From Cytophagales bacterium (lineage in GTDB: Bacteria > Bacteroidota > Bacteroidia > Cytophagales > JAHDFW01), in the NCBI GenBank assembly GCA_020627945.1, contig JAHDFW010000003.1:7599-71598 (forward strand): 64,000 nucleotides of DNA, written 5' to 3'. Positions 44,884-55,400 of the stretch are shown one piece after another. Position 1 is the stretch's first letter; each line of letters opens with the position of its first letter. The notes beneath the pieces were generated by a model. That model was not told the origin of the DNA. It searched no databases and saw only the letters and a program-made list of their open reading frames with translations. Position numbers and translations under genes: made by a program.

Positions 44884-47800
44884 ATGGGGATATTTAGAAA
44901 AATCGTAACGGGTGTAACTATGGCTTTAGCAGCCTTTCAGTTTACTCAAGCTCAAACTTATGCTACCCTACCATATCAAGATGATTTTGAATCAGGTCTT
45001 GGTACAGAGTGGACTACAACTGTTCCAGCATCAGCCAACGTGATTACTACCGGAATGGGTACACCATACGAAGGTTTGAATCATTTATTAATTGATGATG
45101 GAACTGCAGGTGGAACTAACACTAAAATAGCAGCCCTACATGTAAACCTTTCCAATGGTTCAGAATACACATTATCCTTCTTCATGAAGGATTTTGGAGA
45201 TGAAGATGATCTAGTTGACGGTATATACTTTTCAGACTCTGCTTCAAAAGCAGCGATTAAAGTACACTCCTTTACTCCTTCCACAATCACAGACAATGTT
45301 TGGCAAGAGGTAGTTATTGATATTGACGAATTAGCAGCCGCAAATGGTCTTAATTTAACCGATAGCTTTAGAATCGAGTTTCATGAATCTGATGACAGGG
45401 AGTGGAATAATTCTACCCCAGGAGACCCAGATGGTTTCGCATTTGACCTAATGGAAATCTACCCTACACCTACTATGACTTCTGGCTCGATTAGCGGAAC
45501 AGATACAATATGCTTCGACAGTACAGGAACTTCTACTATCACATTGACGGAAGCAAGTCCTTCATTATATGGGGAAGGGAATATAGTTTACGAGTGGCAA
45601 AGCACTTCTAATCTCTTTACCTGGGATTCAGTAACAACTTCTTCTGGCACAGACACAACTTGGCCTGCACCATTAGTTACAACTCTATATAGACGTTGTG
45701 CAATAACCGACCAAGGACAAGGTCCAGCCTGTAGTACTCCAATCTTAATTACCGTAACTCCTGAAGAAAATGCGCAAATACTTGGTTTAGCCGCTTCTTA
45801 TGCAAATACAGATGGTGCTCAAACAATTTTTGGTAGTCCAATAATAGGGCTTTTCACAGGTACAGGAATATTAGATAATGCCGATGGAACTGCGACCCTA
45901 GATGTTTCTTCTGGAGGTTTAGGCAACCGAACTATCACATATACATACACAGATCCATTTGGCTGTCCTTATACTAAAGACAGTGTAACTAATATTATTC
46001 TTGGAAACTCAGTAATCTATAAACCAGCACCTTACACCATGGATTTCGAATCGTTCCCAGGTTGGACTGGTGCCACTGAATGGCGTAGAGATAACACTAA
46101 TCCACGCGTAGAAGTAAATGCTGATGCAACACCTTATGAAGGAGCTGCTTGTTTAATTATGGACGATGATAATACGGGAAGCACAACAGAATTTACGCGT
46201 TCAGCGACTCTTCATGTTGATCTTTCTTTATTCTCCGATTACACACTGGAGTTCTATATGAAAGACTTTCAAGATGAAGACCATCCCGAAGACGGAGTTT
46301 TTATTTCTACTAAAACTAGTGGTGGATTTCAAAAGATTTTTGATTTTGCACCTACAACTAGAGCAGACGGTGCATGGGCAAAATATTCCATTGATCTAGA
46401 TGTAGCTGCAGCTACCGTAGGTACAACTTTGGATGATAGTGTACAGATCATGTTTCAAGAAAAAGATCAATTTAGATTCGATGAAAGTACTACTGATGGT
46501 ATTGCTTTGGATTCAATAGTTATTTTTACTTCCCTTCCATTAACGGCAGGAAGTATTAATGGTAGTGATACCCTTTGTTTCGCAACAACAGATACAGGCT
46601 CTGTCGTAATTACAAACAGTGCTTCTCCAACGAATGGTGAACCACCTTATTCTTATACATGGGAAAGCTCACAAGATTTATTAAGCTGGTCAAACGTTGG
46701 AAGCTCCTCTACACCAGATACAACCATTGATGCTCCTTCGGCAAGCACTTATTACAGAAGATGCGTTAGCACCTCAAGCGAAGGTCCTATTTGTACTTCA
46801 CCGATCTTCATTCGTGTGGAACAAGAACCAACCGTATTCTTAAACATTGTGGATACTGCTCTTTGCGAAAATGAACCTTCTGCTTTAATTACAGGTATTC
46901 CTACCAGTCCAGATGGTACATTTAATTCGTATACGGGATTGACTGACAATAATAATGGTACAGCTTCCTTAGATCCTGTTGTATCTGGCACTGGCTCTTT
47001 CCAAACTATTTATAGTTATACCAATTATTTTGGCTGTACTGCAAGTGATACTATTACCATGGAGGTCCTAGGCACACCTACGGTTTCATTTTCAGGTCTC
47101 TCTGCTACTTCTGCGACAACAGATCCTCCACAAACTTTAACGGGTTCTCCACCTGGAGGAGTATTCGAAGGTTTGGGAGTCTCTGGTAATGCGTTCTATC
47201 CAGCTATTGCTCCTACCGATACGTCCTTTAATATTACATATACTTATTCAGATGCTAACGGATGTACCAATACATCTAGCCCTCAAACAGTCGTTGTTAC
47301 CACTGGTAGTTCAGGAGCTATTTCTTCTAGCTTATTAAACAGTTATTGTGCTGACTTCCCTAATGAAGTGGAATTTAAGGGTACAGCACCTCCTGGTTGG
47401 TCTGCTGTTGGATTTACTTTACGATCAAATGGTGTAGCTTCGACTAACGGATTCACACCTAACGGGCTTGATTCCGCGGTATTTGAGCCTAATTTAGCTG
47501 ATCTTGGTACTACAATTGAAATTGTATTCAAGTATAGCCAAACCTATGACTGTAATCCATTCCCGTGTAACCCTTATAGCTGTAACCCTTATATATGTAA
47601 TCCATACCAATGTAATCCATACCCTTGTATTACAGGTTTTACCCCAATAGGTCTTCCAATATTTGGAACCTGCTACAGTACTTGTTGGAATTTGTGTTTC
47701 AAAACTTGCTATAACACTTGCTATAACACCTGTACCAGATATGATTCTACAGTTGTTACAACTACGGTTTACGATCTTCCAAATGTAAACTTCACAAATC

Positions 47801-50800
47801 TTTCGGGTCAATATTGCAAAAATGATGCTCCTTTCGCACTTGAAGGAAACTTTAGCAACACAGGGTTTGCTAGCTCGGTTCCTTCTGCATTAACTGGAAG
47901 TACGTTTGATCCAGGTGATTTAAGTATTGGTAGTTCAGTAGACCTTTCTTATACGTTTACTGATGGAAATTCTTGTACAAACTCTGATACCGTTACAGTC
48001 ACGATTGACTCTGTGCCAGTAGTGAATTTTAGTGGCATGACGGCCGTAGATTCTACTTGTCCTAACAAAGCTAAAAATGTATTCATAGGAAACATCCCTT
48101 CAAGCGGTGCTTTTAATACTACTACAGGATTGGTTAATACTACTCCAGGTCAAGCGGAATTTGATCCTTCTACTCCAAGCCTTCCTGCTACAACCAATAT
48201 TGAATATTATTATATCGATGGTAATGGATGTCGTGGTAGTATTACCAAGCAAATGAAGTTACATCCTTTACCAGTAATTCAATTCTTCGGCCTTAACCCT
48301 CAACGGTCGTATTGTGTAGATGCAACTAGCGTGCTTCTCTCTGGTAGTGAATCTCCCCAAGGAACTTTCTTTGGAGAGGGAATTGGTGTTGTTGATTTAG
48401 GTAATGGTACGGCAAACTTTATTCCTAGTAGTTATCAGGCAGATAGCTCGTATACCATTTCATATGAATACACAGATGGTAACACTTGTACGGATACTGC
48501 TTCTTCTACTGTTTACATTAGACCTCTCCCAACAGTTGAAATTCTAGGCTTACCAGATTATGTTTGTGAGTCAGATGCACCTTTATCTCTGAATGCCACT
48601 CCAGCTTCTGGTCAAGTAACTACATTCTCAGGCCCTGGAGTAAGTGGAACAACATTTACACCTGCAAATGCCAATGTTGGAACTATAGACACAATCCAAT
48701 ACGATTATACTGAATTTGGAATTATTGGTGTGACAGCTTGTTCGAATACGGCTATTGATACTATTGAAATTAAGGCATTACCAGTTGTTACCATTTCAAG
48801 TTTAGATACAGCGTATTGTACCGATGAACCAGCTGATACTATTTTTGGAACACCAGCAAATGGAACCTTCTCTGGAGCAAGTATCATTGACTTCCTAGAT
48901 GGTTCGGCTACAATCAGCCCAATCCCACTTACCGAACGAAATACTTACGAAATCATTTACAAATATTCGGATGGATTTGGTTGTACAAACTGGGATACTG
49001 GATATACTTACATCGACACTTTACCCGTAGTATCATTTACTGGATTGGTAAATAACGTCTTAACAAATTCAAACTATTATTGTGAGGATCATGCCATATC
49101 TAATTTAGTGGGAAGCCCAGCAGGAGCTGCAGGTGTATTCACCAGTGGATCTTTGGGTCTTATAGATGATGGTGGCGGAAATGCTAGATTTGATCCTACT
49201 TTACCAGTTACAAATGTTTGGGATACGATAAGATATCGTTTCACTGATGGACAAACTTGTACCAGTTTCCAAGATCAATTGGTATACGTACAAAGTTTGC
49301 CAGTAGTTGATATGCTTGGATTAGATTCAGCGTATTGTTCTTCCGATGGACCAGATCCTCTATCAGGAGTACCTGGTGGAGGTGTATTTACAGGTCCTGG
49401 AATTGTATTTAATACTTTTGATCCTGATCCTTCTATCGTAGGTATTGATACCATTGTCTACACGTTCACCGATGCACAAGGATGTGTAAATGATACGTTT
49501 GATGTTACCATTGTGAATGCATTACCTGCAATTCAAATTGATAGTTTAATGGCAGAATATTGTGAAGATGATGAAGTAGACACAATATATTCGAATAAAA
49601 TTGGTGAGACTACTGGTCAATTTACACCTCCAAGTTTGATCTCGGATCAGGGAGATGGTACAGCCATATTTGACCCTTCAATTATTGCTCAAGATAGTAT
49701 TACAATTACATTCACCTATACCGATACAAATTCTTGTGTTAATAGTGTAGACCAAGATGTAGTAATCAATAGACTTCCTACCGTGTTCTTTAATGGTATT
49801 ACCGATGGACAAGTATTGTGTGCTGATCAATCTTTACCTGTTTTACTAATAGGAAATCAAGCGCCTCTAGGAGAGTTCTTAGGAGATTCTCTAATTGAAG
49901 GAATTATAGATAGCACCAATGGTAAAGCTATTTTGAGACCTGATCTTGGTTTAGAAGATACTTTGCTTGATATTACCTATGCTTACATGGATGCTAAAGG
50001 ATGTGTAGACACTTCTACTCTGCAAATTATGTATCGTAGTTTACCTGTTATTAGTTATTCTGGTTTAGATACGGTTTACTGCTATGATGATGCTTTCTCT
50101 CCTTTAGTAGTTACTTCCAACCAATTAGGAACTACTCTTTTTGAAGGAGAAGGTGTTGCTGCACTAACATATAATCCTGCTCTGGTAGAAACTAAAAACT
50201 TATTGGATCCAATAACAAGATCGTATTACGATACCGTGACACTTACATTTACCAATTCAGATGGCTGTTATACTATAGATACTCAGTATACTAGAGTATT
50301 GGATTTACCTACCGCAAGTTTTGGCATCTCTGGATACTGTAATAATGATACGATATACTTCTCCGATTCTTCCACCGTTTCGATTTACGATTCTATTGTT
50401 GCGTGGGAATGGAATTATGACAATGGAGACCCTGTAAATGACTTTATTCAGAATGGACAAGAATGGTATGAAAACCCAGGAGAATATAGAATTGAACTTA
50501 CAGTTTACACTCATGAAGGGTGTACGCATACTGGAATTGTGGATACCGTGATAGGCGCTCCTCCTATTGTTGATTTTGCTTGGGATAACATCTGCTTTGG
50601 AGATACCATTCAATTCTCTGATTCTTCCATGGATGTATCAGTAGATACTATGGTTGCATGGAATTGGAATTTTGGCGATGGAAATATTTCTAATTTACAA
50701 AACCCAACGCACCAATATGATTCTTTGCTAAGTTACCCAGTTACACTAGTGGTTACTACAAACCATAACTGTGTAGATTCTCTTACCAGAATATTAGATA

Positions 50801-52359
50801 TCAGACCTGTGGTAAATACGTTCCCTTACTTAGAGGAGTTTGAACAAAGTAATGGAGGTTGGTTTTCTTTTGGAAGTATCGCGGGAGTTGAAGATTCAAC
50901 AAGCTGGGAAAGAGCAATAGCTGCCGGAAACTACATTAATGATTCTGCGACTGGAAATTACTCGTACGTAACTGAAGCCGCTGGTAACTACGCATTAGAT
51001 GAACAATCTTACGTAGATGGTCCATGTTTCGACTTCTCATCACTAGAACGTCCGATGATAGCGTTTAGAAAAAATGCACATTTAAATGTTGGACAGGATG
51101 GTGTAAACTTCCAATACTCGATTGATAATGGCAGTACTTGGCACAATGTAGGGAGCTTCGATGGAGATGAAAGCTCTGGAATCAACTGGTTCGATGACAT
51201 TGCTATTGCGGCAGACCCAGGAGGATCGGATCAAGGATGGTCTACTAACATCGATTCAGGATGGGTTGAATCTCGTCATGACCTTGACACATTAATTGGA
51301 AGATCCGCAGTTAAATTACGTTTCACATTTGGATCTACCCCTACTACATTCCCTAAAGAAGGATTTGCTTTCGATAGTATTTGGATTGGGGAAAGATCTC
51401 GACTAGTTTTATTTGAACATTTTACTAGTACTGCAGATCAAAATTCTGCCGGGGTTGATGATTATGTAGATAATCTAGTGGCTAATAACCCTGGAGATGT
51501 TGTTGACATTCAGTATCACACAGCTTTTGATGGGCTAGATGACATGAACCTACGTAATCAAGCAGATCCAAGTGCAAGAAGTCTTTACTATGGAGTATTC
51601 TCTAATGGACGAGGAATTCTTGATGGTAATGTATTCTACGATAGATCCACACAATTATCAGAACGCGATATCAAATTGAGAATGCTTGAAAGCGCTGATT
51701 TCGAAATTAACATAACAGCCGATATCAATTCAGGAGCAAGTATCAATGTACATCCTGAAATCACTTCTGTTAACGATATTGAAGAAAGAGAAATTACTAC
51801 TCATATCGTAATTGTAGAGAAAGACGTATCTCAAAATACACAGACTATTAATGGAGATCAAAACTTCAAAAGTGTAATGAGACAAATGTTACCTGATGCT
51901 ACTGGAAACAAGCTCTTGAAGCCTTGGACTGCAGGTGAAACGACGTCATTCACACAAGGATGGGCATTCGGAAATAACGTTGATGATCAAAGTCAACTTA
52001 GAGTTGTTGTATATGTTCAGGATGTTGCAACAAAAGAAGTATTGCAAACTGCCTACATTGATACCATTGGAATTTCCGATAATATAGCTGAGGATTTGAA
52101 TGATTATAAATTTGGATTTGTTGTATATCCAAACCCTGCTAATGGAAGAGCAAGTGTGTTGTTAAGTCAGCCTGCTAGAGTGGATATGAATATGATTATT
52201 TATGATCAATTTGGTAAGGCTGTAAAATCCAAACAATTATATAAAGGGGTAAATAAATTTGGCTTCGAAACGCATGATTTAGCAAATGGAATGTATTATG
52301 TACAGATCATTGAAGAAAATCAAATAGTTGCCGTTAAGAAATTTAATGTTCAGCATTAA
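44884..52359 (+). CDS. Giant (approx. 2491 aa) T9SS-sorted adhesin-like surface protein, paralog A
   Basis: Signal peptide 'MGIFRKIVTGVTMALAAFQFTQAQ' (ATG at 44884; the track uses GTG at 44875). The N-terminal beta-sandwich domain is duplicated ('LPYQDDFESG...' and 'APYTMDFESF...'), each copy followed by a 'Y(E/T)W(Q/E)S...YRRC' Ig-like domain. About 14 modules of ~80 aa follow ('LP.V.F.GL...YC...G.P.GG.F.G.G...Y.YTD.NGC'). Then two PKD domains ('WNFGDG'), a MAM-like domain, an Omp28/thioredoxin-like region, and the C-terminus 'VVYPNPANGRASVLL...GMYYVQI'. Confidence 0.85.
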   Translation: MGIFRKIVTGVTMALAAFQFTQAQTYATLPYQDDFESGLGTEWTTTVPASANVITTGMGTPYEGLNHLLIDDGTAGGTNTKIAALHVNLSNGSEYTLSFFMKDFGDEDDLVDGIYFSDSASKAAIKVHSFTPSTITDNVWQEVVIDIDELAAANGLNLTDSFRIEFHESDDREWNNSTPGDPDGFAFDLMEIYPTPTMTSGSISGTDTICFDSTGTSTITLTEASPSLYGEGNIVYEWQSTSNLFTWDSVTTSSGTDTTWPAPLVTTLYRRCAITDQGQGPACSTPILITVTPEENAQILGLAASYANTDGAQTIFGSPIIGLFTGTGILDNADGTATLDVSSGGLGNRTITYTYTDPFGCPYTKDSVTNIILGNSVIYKPAPYTMDFESFPGWTGATEWRRDNTNPRVEVNADATPYEGAACLIMDDDNTGSTTEFTRSATLHVDLSLFSDYTLEFYMKDFQDEDHPEDGVFISTKTSGGFQKIFDFAPTTRADGAWAKYSIDLDVAAATVGTTLDDSVQIMFQEKDQFRFDESTTDGIALDSIVIFTSLPLTAGSINGSDTLCFATTDTGSVVITNSASPTNGEPPYSYTWESSQDLLSWSNVGSSSTPDTTIDAPSASTYYRRCVSTSSEGPICTSPIFIRVEQEPTVFLNIVDTALCENEPSALITGIPTSPDGTFNSYTGLTDNNNGTASLDPVVSGTGSFQTIYSYTNYFGCTASDTITMEVLGTPTVSFSGLSATSATTDPPQTLTGSPPGGVFEGLGVSGNAFYPAIAPTDTSFNITYTYSDANGCTNTSSPQTVVVTTGSSGAISSSLLNSYCADFPNEVEFKGTAPPGWSAVGFTLRSNGVASTNGFTPNGLDSAVFEPNLADLGTTIEIVFKYSQTYDCNPFPCNPYSCNPYICNPYQCNPYPCITGFTPIGLPIFGTCYSTCWNLCFKTCYNTCYNTCTRYDSTVVTTTVYDLPNVNFTNLSGQYCKNDAPFALEGNFSNTGFASSVPSALTGSTFDPGDLSIGSSVDLSYTFTDGNSCTNSDTVTVTIDSVPVVNFSGMTAVDSTCPNKAKNVFIGNIPSSGAFNTTTGLVNTTPGQAEFDPSTPSLPATTNIEYYYIDGNGCRGSITKQMKLHPLPVIQFFGLNPQRSYCVDATSVLLSGSESPQGTFFGEGIGVVDLGNGTANFIPSSYQADSSYTISYEYTDGNTCTDTASSTVYIRPLPTVEILGLPDYVCESDAPLSLNATPASGQVTTFSGPGVSGTTFTPANANVGTIDTIQYDYTEFGIIGVTACSNTAIDTIEIKALPVVTISSLDTAYCTDEPADTIFGTPANGTFSGASIIDFLDGSATISPIPLTERNTYEIIYKYSDGFGCTNWDTGYTYIDTLPVVSFTGLVNNVLTNSNYYCEDHAISNLVGSPAGAAGVFTSGSLGLIDDGGGNARFDPTLPVTNVWDTIRYRFTDGQTCTSFQDQLVYVQSLPVVDMLGLDSAYCSSDGPDPLSGVPGGGVFTGPGIVFNTFDPDPSIVGIDTIVYTFTDAQGCVNDTFDVTIVNALPAIQIDSLMAEYCEDDEVDTIYSNKIGETTGQFTPPSLISDQGDGTAIFDPSIIAQDSITITFTYTDTNSCVNSVDQDVVINRLPTVFFNGITDGQVLCADQSLPVLLIGNQAPLGEFLGDSLIEGIIDSTNGKAILRPDLGLEDTLLDITYAYMDAKGCVDTSTLQIMYRSLPVISYSGLDTVYCYDDAFSPLVVTSNQLGTTLFEGEGVAALTYNPALVETKNLLDPITRSYYDTVTLTFTNSDGCYTIDTQYTRVLDLPTASFGISGYCNNDTIYFSDSSTVSIYDSIVAWEWNYDNGDPVNDFIQNGQEWYENPGEYRIELTVYTHEGCTHTGIVDTVIGAPPIVDFAWDNICFGDTIQFSDSSMDVSVDTMVAWNWNFGDGNISNLQNPTHQYDSLLSYPVTLVVTTNHNCVDSLTRILDIRPVVNTFPYLEEFEQSNGGWFSFGSIAGVEDSTSWERAIAAGNYINDSATGNYSYVTEAAGNYALDEQSYVDGPCFDFSSLERPMIAFRKNAHLNVGQDGVNFQYSIDNGSTWHNVGSFDGDESSGINWFDDIAIAADPGGSDQGWSTNIDSGWVESRHDLDTLIGRSAVKLRFTFGSTPTTFPKEGFAFDSIWIGERSRLVLFEHFTSTADQNSAGVDDYVDNLVANNPGDVVDIQYHTAFDGLDDMNLRNQADPSARSLYYGVFSNGRGILDGNVFYDRSTQLSERDIKLRMLESADFEINITADINSGASINVHPEITSVNDIEEREITTHIVIVEKDVSQNTQTINGDQNFKSVMRQMLPDATGNKLLKPWTAGETTSFTQGWAFGNNVDDQSQLRVVVYVQDVATKEVLQTAYIDTIGISDNIAEDLNDYKFGFVVYPNPANGRASVLLSQPARVDMNMIIYDQFGKAVKSKQLYKGVNKFGFETHDLANGMYYVQIIEENQIVAVKKFNVQH
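47551..47625 (+). repeat. Five in-frame 15-nt tandem repeats encoding (C-N-P-[FY]-x)5
   Basis: tgtaatccattcccg / tgtaacccttatagc / tgtaacccttatata / tgtaatccataccaa / tgtaatccataccct, then tgt. These encode CNPFP CNPYS CNPYI CNPYQ CNPYP C. Confidence 0.95.
47671..47733 (+). repeat. In-frame 12-nt repeats encoding (C-x-x-x)5 followed by a final Cys
   Basis: tgctacagtact / tgttggaatttg / tgtttcaaaact / tgctataacact / tgctataacacc / tgt. These encode CYST CWNL CFKT CYNT CYNT C. The last two units differ by 1 nt. Confidence 0.9.
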
Positions 52360-52402
52360 TAAAAACTTACGGCTATAGAAGAAGACCTAAGCAAGACATA
52401 TT

Positions 52403-55400
52403 ATGATACGAAACAAGTTACTAATAGTAACGTTGTTGGTGACACTTTTCAGCGTTATAACACGTGGTCAAACTCACGTTTCTATCCCATACTTTGAAGG
52501 TTGGGAAGGAAGTACTTTTCCAGCTTGGACCATAACTTCCTCAGATCCAGGTGAGGCACTTTTAGGATTAACTACAACTGGTGGTCCAAACAGTGGAAAT
52601 GTACACCTTGTGATGTCTGTTAATAACGATAATAACATCAATACAAATGAGGCTTGGATGCACTTGGATTTAACTGGTGATACTGCGGTAAATCTTGAGT
52701 TTTGGTGGAAAGATATAGGTGACGACGACAACGCAACAGATGGTATCTATTTCTCAGATAATGCCGGAGCAAGCTTTCAAAAAGTTTATGATTTAGTGCC
52801 CGAATCCTTTTCTGACGATGTATACAGACAAGTTGTTTTGAACTTAGACTCCTTAGCAGCAGATGCAGGACTTACATTAAACGATCAATTTGTAGTTAAG
52901 TTCCAACAAACAGATGATGATAACTTAACGGGAGGAAGTAGTGACGGTTTCTATTTCGATGATATTTTTACGTATCGAAGATCAGGGTCACTTTCACCAG
53001 GTGGTATTATGGTTTCCGCTGGTGACTCTATCTGTTCAGGTATTTCTACAAGTATTGTAATTGATGAACTTTTTCCAGTTACAGGAGGTGCAGGAACCGT
53101 TTATACGTATTTCTGGCAATCTTCAGAAGACTTACTTAATTGGTCAAATTTTGGAGGAACATCTCCAAACCCAGATACTACCTTTAACGCTTCTCTTACA
53201 ACCACTACATATTATAGAAGGGGCATAACAACAGATGCTGGAGAAGGTCCGTCCTACAGTTCGCCTATTGCGATCCATGTTGATCAAGGGAGTCTAGTAA
53301 CGGTATTCACGGCCGACACTCAAATATGTGCTAATAATGTAGTCGACATTTTTGGTTTCCCGCAAGATGCGAATGGAACATTCACCGGCTCACCTGATAT
53401 AACGGATAACGGTGATGGTACTGCTACTTTTAGTCCAAGTGGGTCTGGAATGACCACCATATATTATACGTATACAAATGCATCAGGGTGTGATGCAACG
53501 GACTCCGTTATTTTCAATATAAGTAGTCTTCCTATTGTAAGTTTTACTGGGTTACCATCATCCACTTTCACAACTAGTTCGGCCAGCCAATTATCCGGGG
53601 TGCCAAGTGGAGGTGTTTTTCTTGGATCTGGTATTTCGGATACTGCTTTTTATCCCCAAATTGCTGGTGAAGGATCACATGATATCAGCTATACATATAC
53701 CGATCCGGTAACTGGATGTTCTGATACTACTGGCGACGAAACTATTAATGTTATTAATGGTCTAAGCGAAAGTATTGTAGGGCTTGCTACTTCTTATTGT
53801 ATAGATAATAATGATACTATTGCCTTGGTTGGAGTACCAAAATCTGGATGGGCAACGGTCGGCTTTGTAGCTTACCCAAACATGACACCAATAATTTCTC
53901 AATCTGGAAACAACGCCGAGTTTGTTCCGTCCCGAGCCAACGTTAATACACCATATGAAGTTTATTTCAAATTTTCGCAAGTACAGCCACAACTTTGTGG
54001 ATTGAGTCTTTGCCTAGTAACAGTATACGACAGTGTACTTGCAACCACTTTTGTGCATTCACTTCCTGTTCTTAATGTTCCAGGTTTAGCCTCAAAATAT
54101 TGCCAAAACGATGCCCCTATTAGCCTTGAAGGAATTTACTCGACTTCTACAAGTTTCATAGATACAACAACCACCGGATTCACCAACAATGATGCTGGTG
54201 CGTTTAGTGGAGTGGACAACAATATCCTTACTCCTGCAAACGCATCACCAGGTGTTCTTACAGTCACCTATTCAATTACCGATGCTAATTCTTGTTCAAA
54301 TAGTGTCCAGCGATTTGTTCAAATTGATACCGTGCCTGTTGTCCAACTCGTCGCACAAGATTCCACGTTATGTGGGGATGCACCATTTGATACACTTGTA
54401 GGTACACCAGCTCCATCTGCAGGGTTCACAGCGTTTTTTAACGGAGTATCATTATTTAATACTGGAGCACCTCTAAACAATACTGTTTATTTCAACCCAA
54501 ATAATGTAATTACCGACTCTATCTATCCAATAAGATATACGTTCATTGATGGAAACGGATGTCGAAATTCTGATACTGTAGATATTTTGGTAAACTCGCT
54601 ACCTATACCATCTTTTGTTGGACTCAACGATGACGTAATCTGCGGAGATGAAGCCGCAATAACCTTAACAGGTAATTTTGCAACAGGTGTTTTTAGTACG
54701 GGAAATTTAGCCGATGATAGTGCAAAAGGATTAATAGATAACGGTGATGGGACTGCATTATTAGATCCTTCATTCGCGTTGCAAGATTCAACCCATAGTT
54801 TGACCTTCTATTATTTTGACCCAGTTACGGGGTGCGATAATGATACAACTAAATTTGTTACATACAGTAGCTTGCCTATTCTAACTTTTGTGAATGGTTT
54901 AGATTCAATTTATTGTGTTGAAGATCCAAAAGTAAGCCTTAAAACCAGTACTAATCAAAATAATGGGAACACGTGGTTTAACGGTGTTGGTGCCTCAAAA
55001 ATAGATTTTACCACCGGTGAATTTGTCCCTAGTTCTGCAGATACTGGGCTGCATATTGTTGAATTCGAACAAATAAATAAAGATGGTTGCCAAGCTTTTG
55101 TCTATGATACAACTCTTGTAATTAGTATGCCCGAAGTAGGATTTACAGTGTCCGGTTTTTGTAATAATGACACGGTCCGTTTTACCGATACCACTTACAC
55201 CAATATTCATGACACCATTACTAGCTGGGTCTGGAATTATGGAAATGGAATTAGTGGAGATTCGGTTCAAAATGGTGCAACATGGTATATCAATGGTAAT
55301 AGATATGACATTACCTTAAGCGTAAATACCGTACAAGGATGTGCTAAATCATATACGCTTCAGGATACAATTGGGTCACCACCAATAATGGACTTTGTCT

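Larger units (their letters stand above)
46825..50300 (+). repeat. Array of ~14 tandem ~80-aa two-Cys Ig-like modules in giant paralog A (approximate bounds)
   Basis: Recurrent pattern 'LP.V.F.GL....YC.......L.G.P.GG.F.G.G(I/V).......A.F.P......(I/V).Y.(Y/F)TD..GC.N' read along the translation. Confidence 0.6.
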
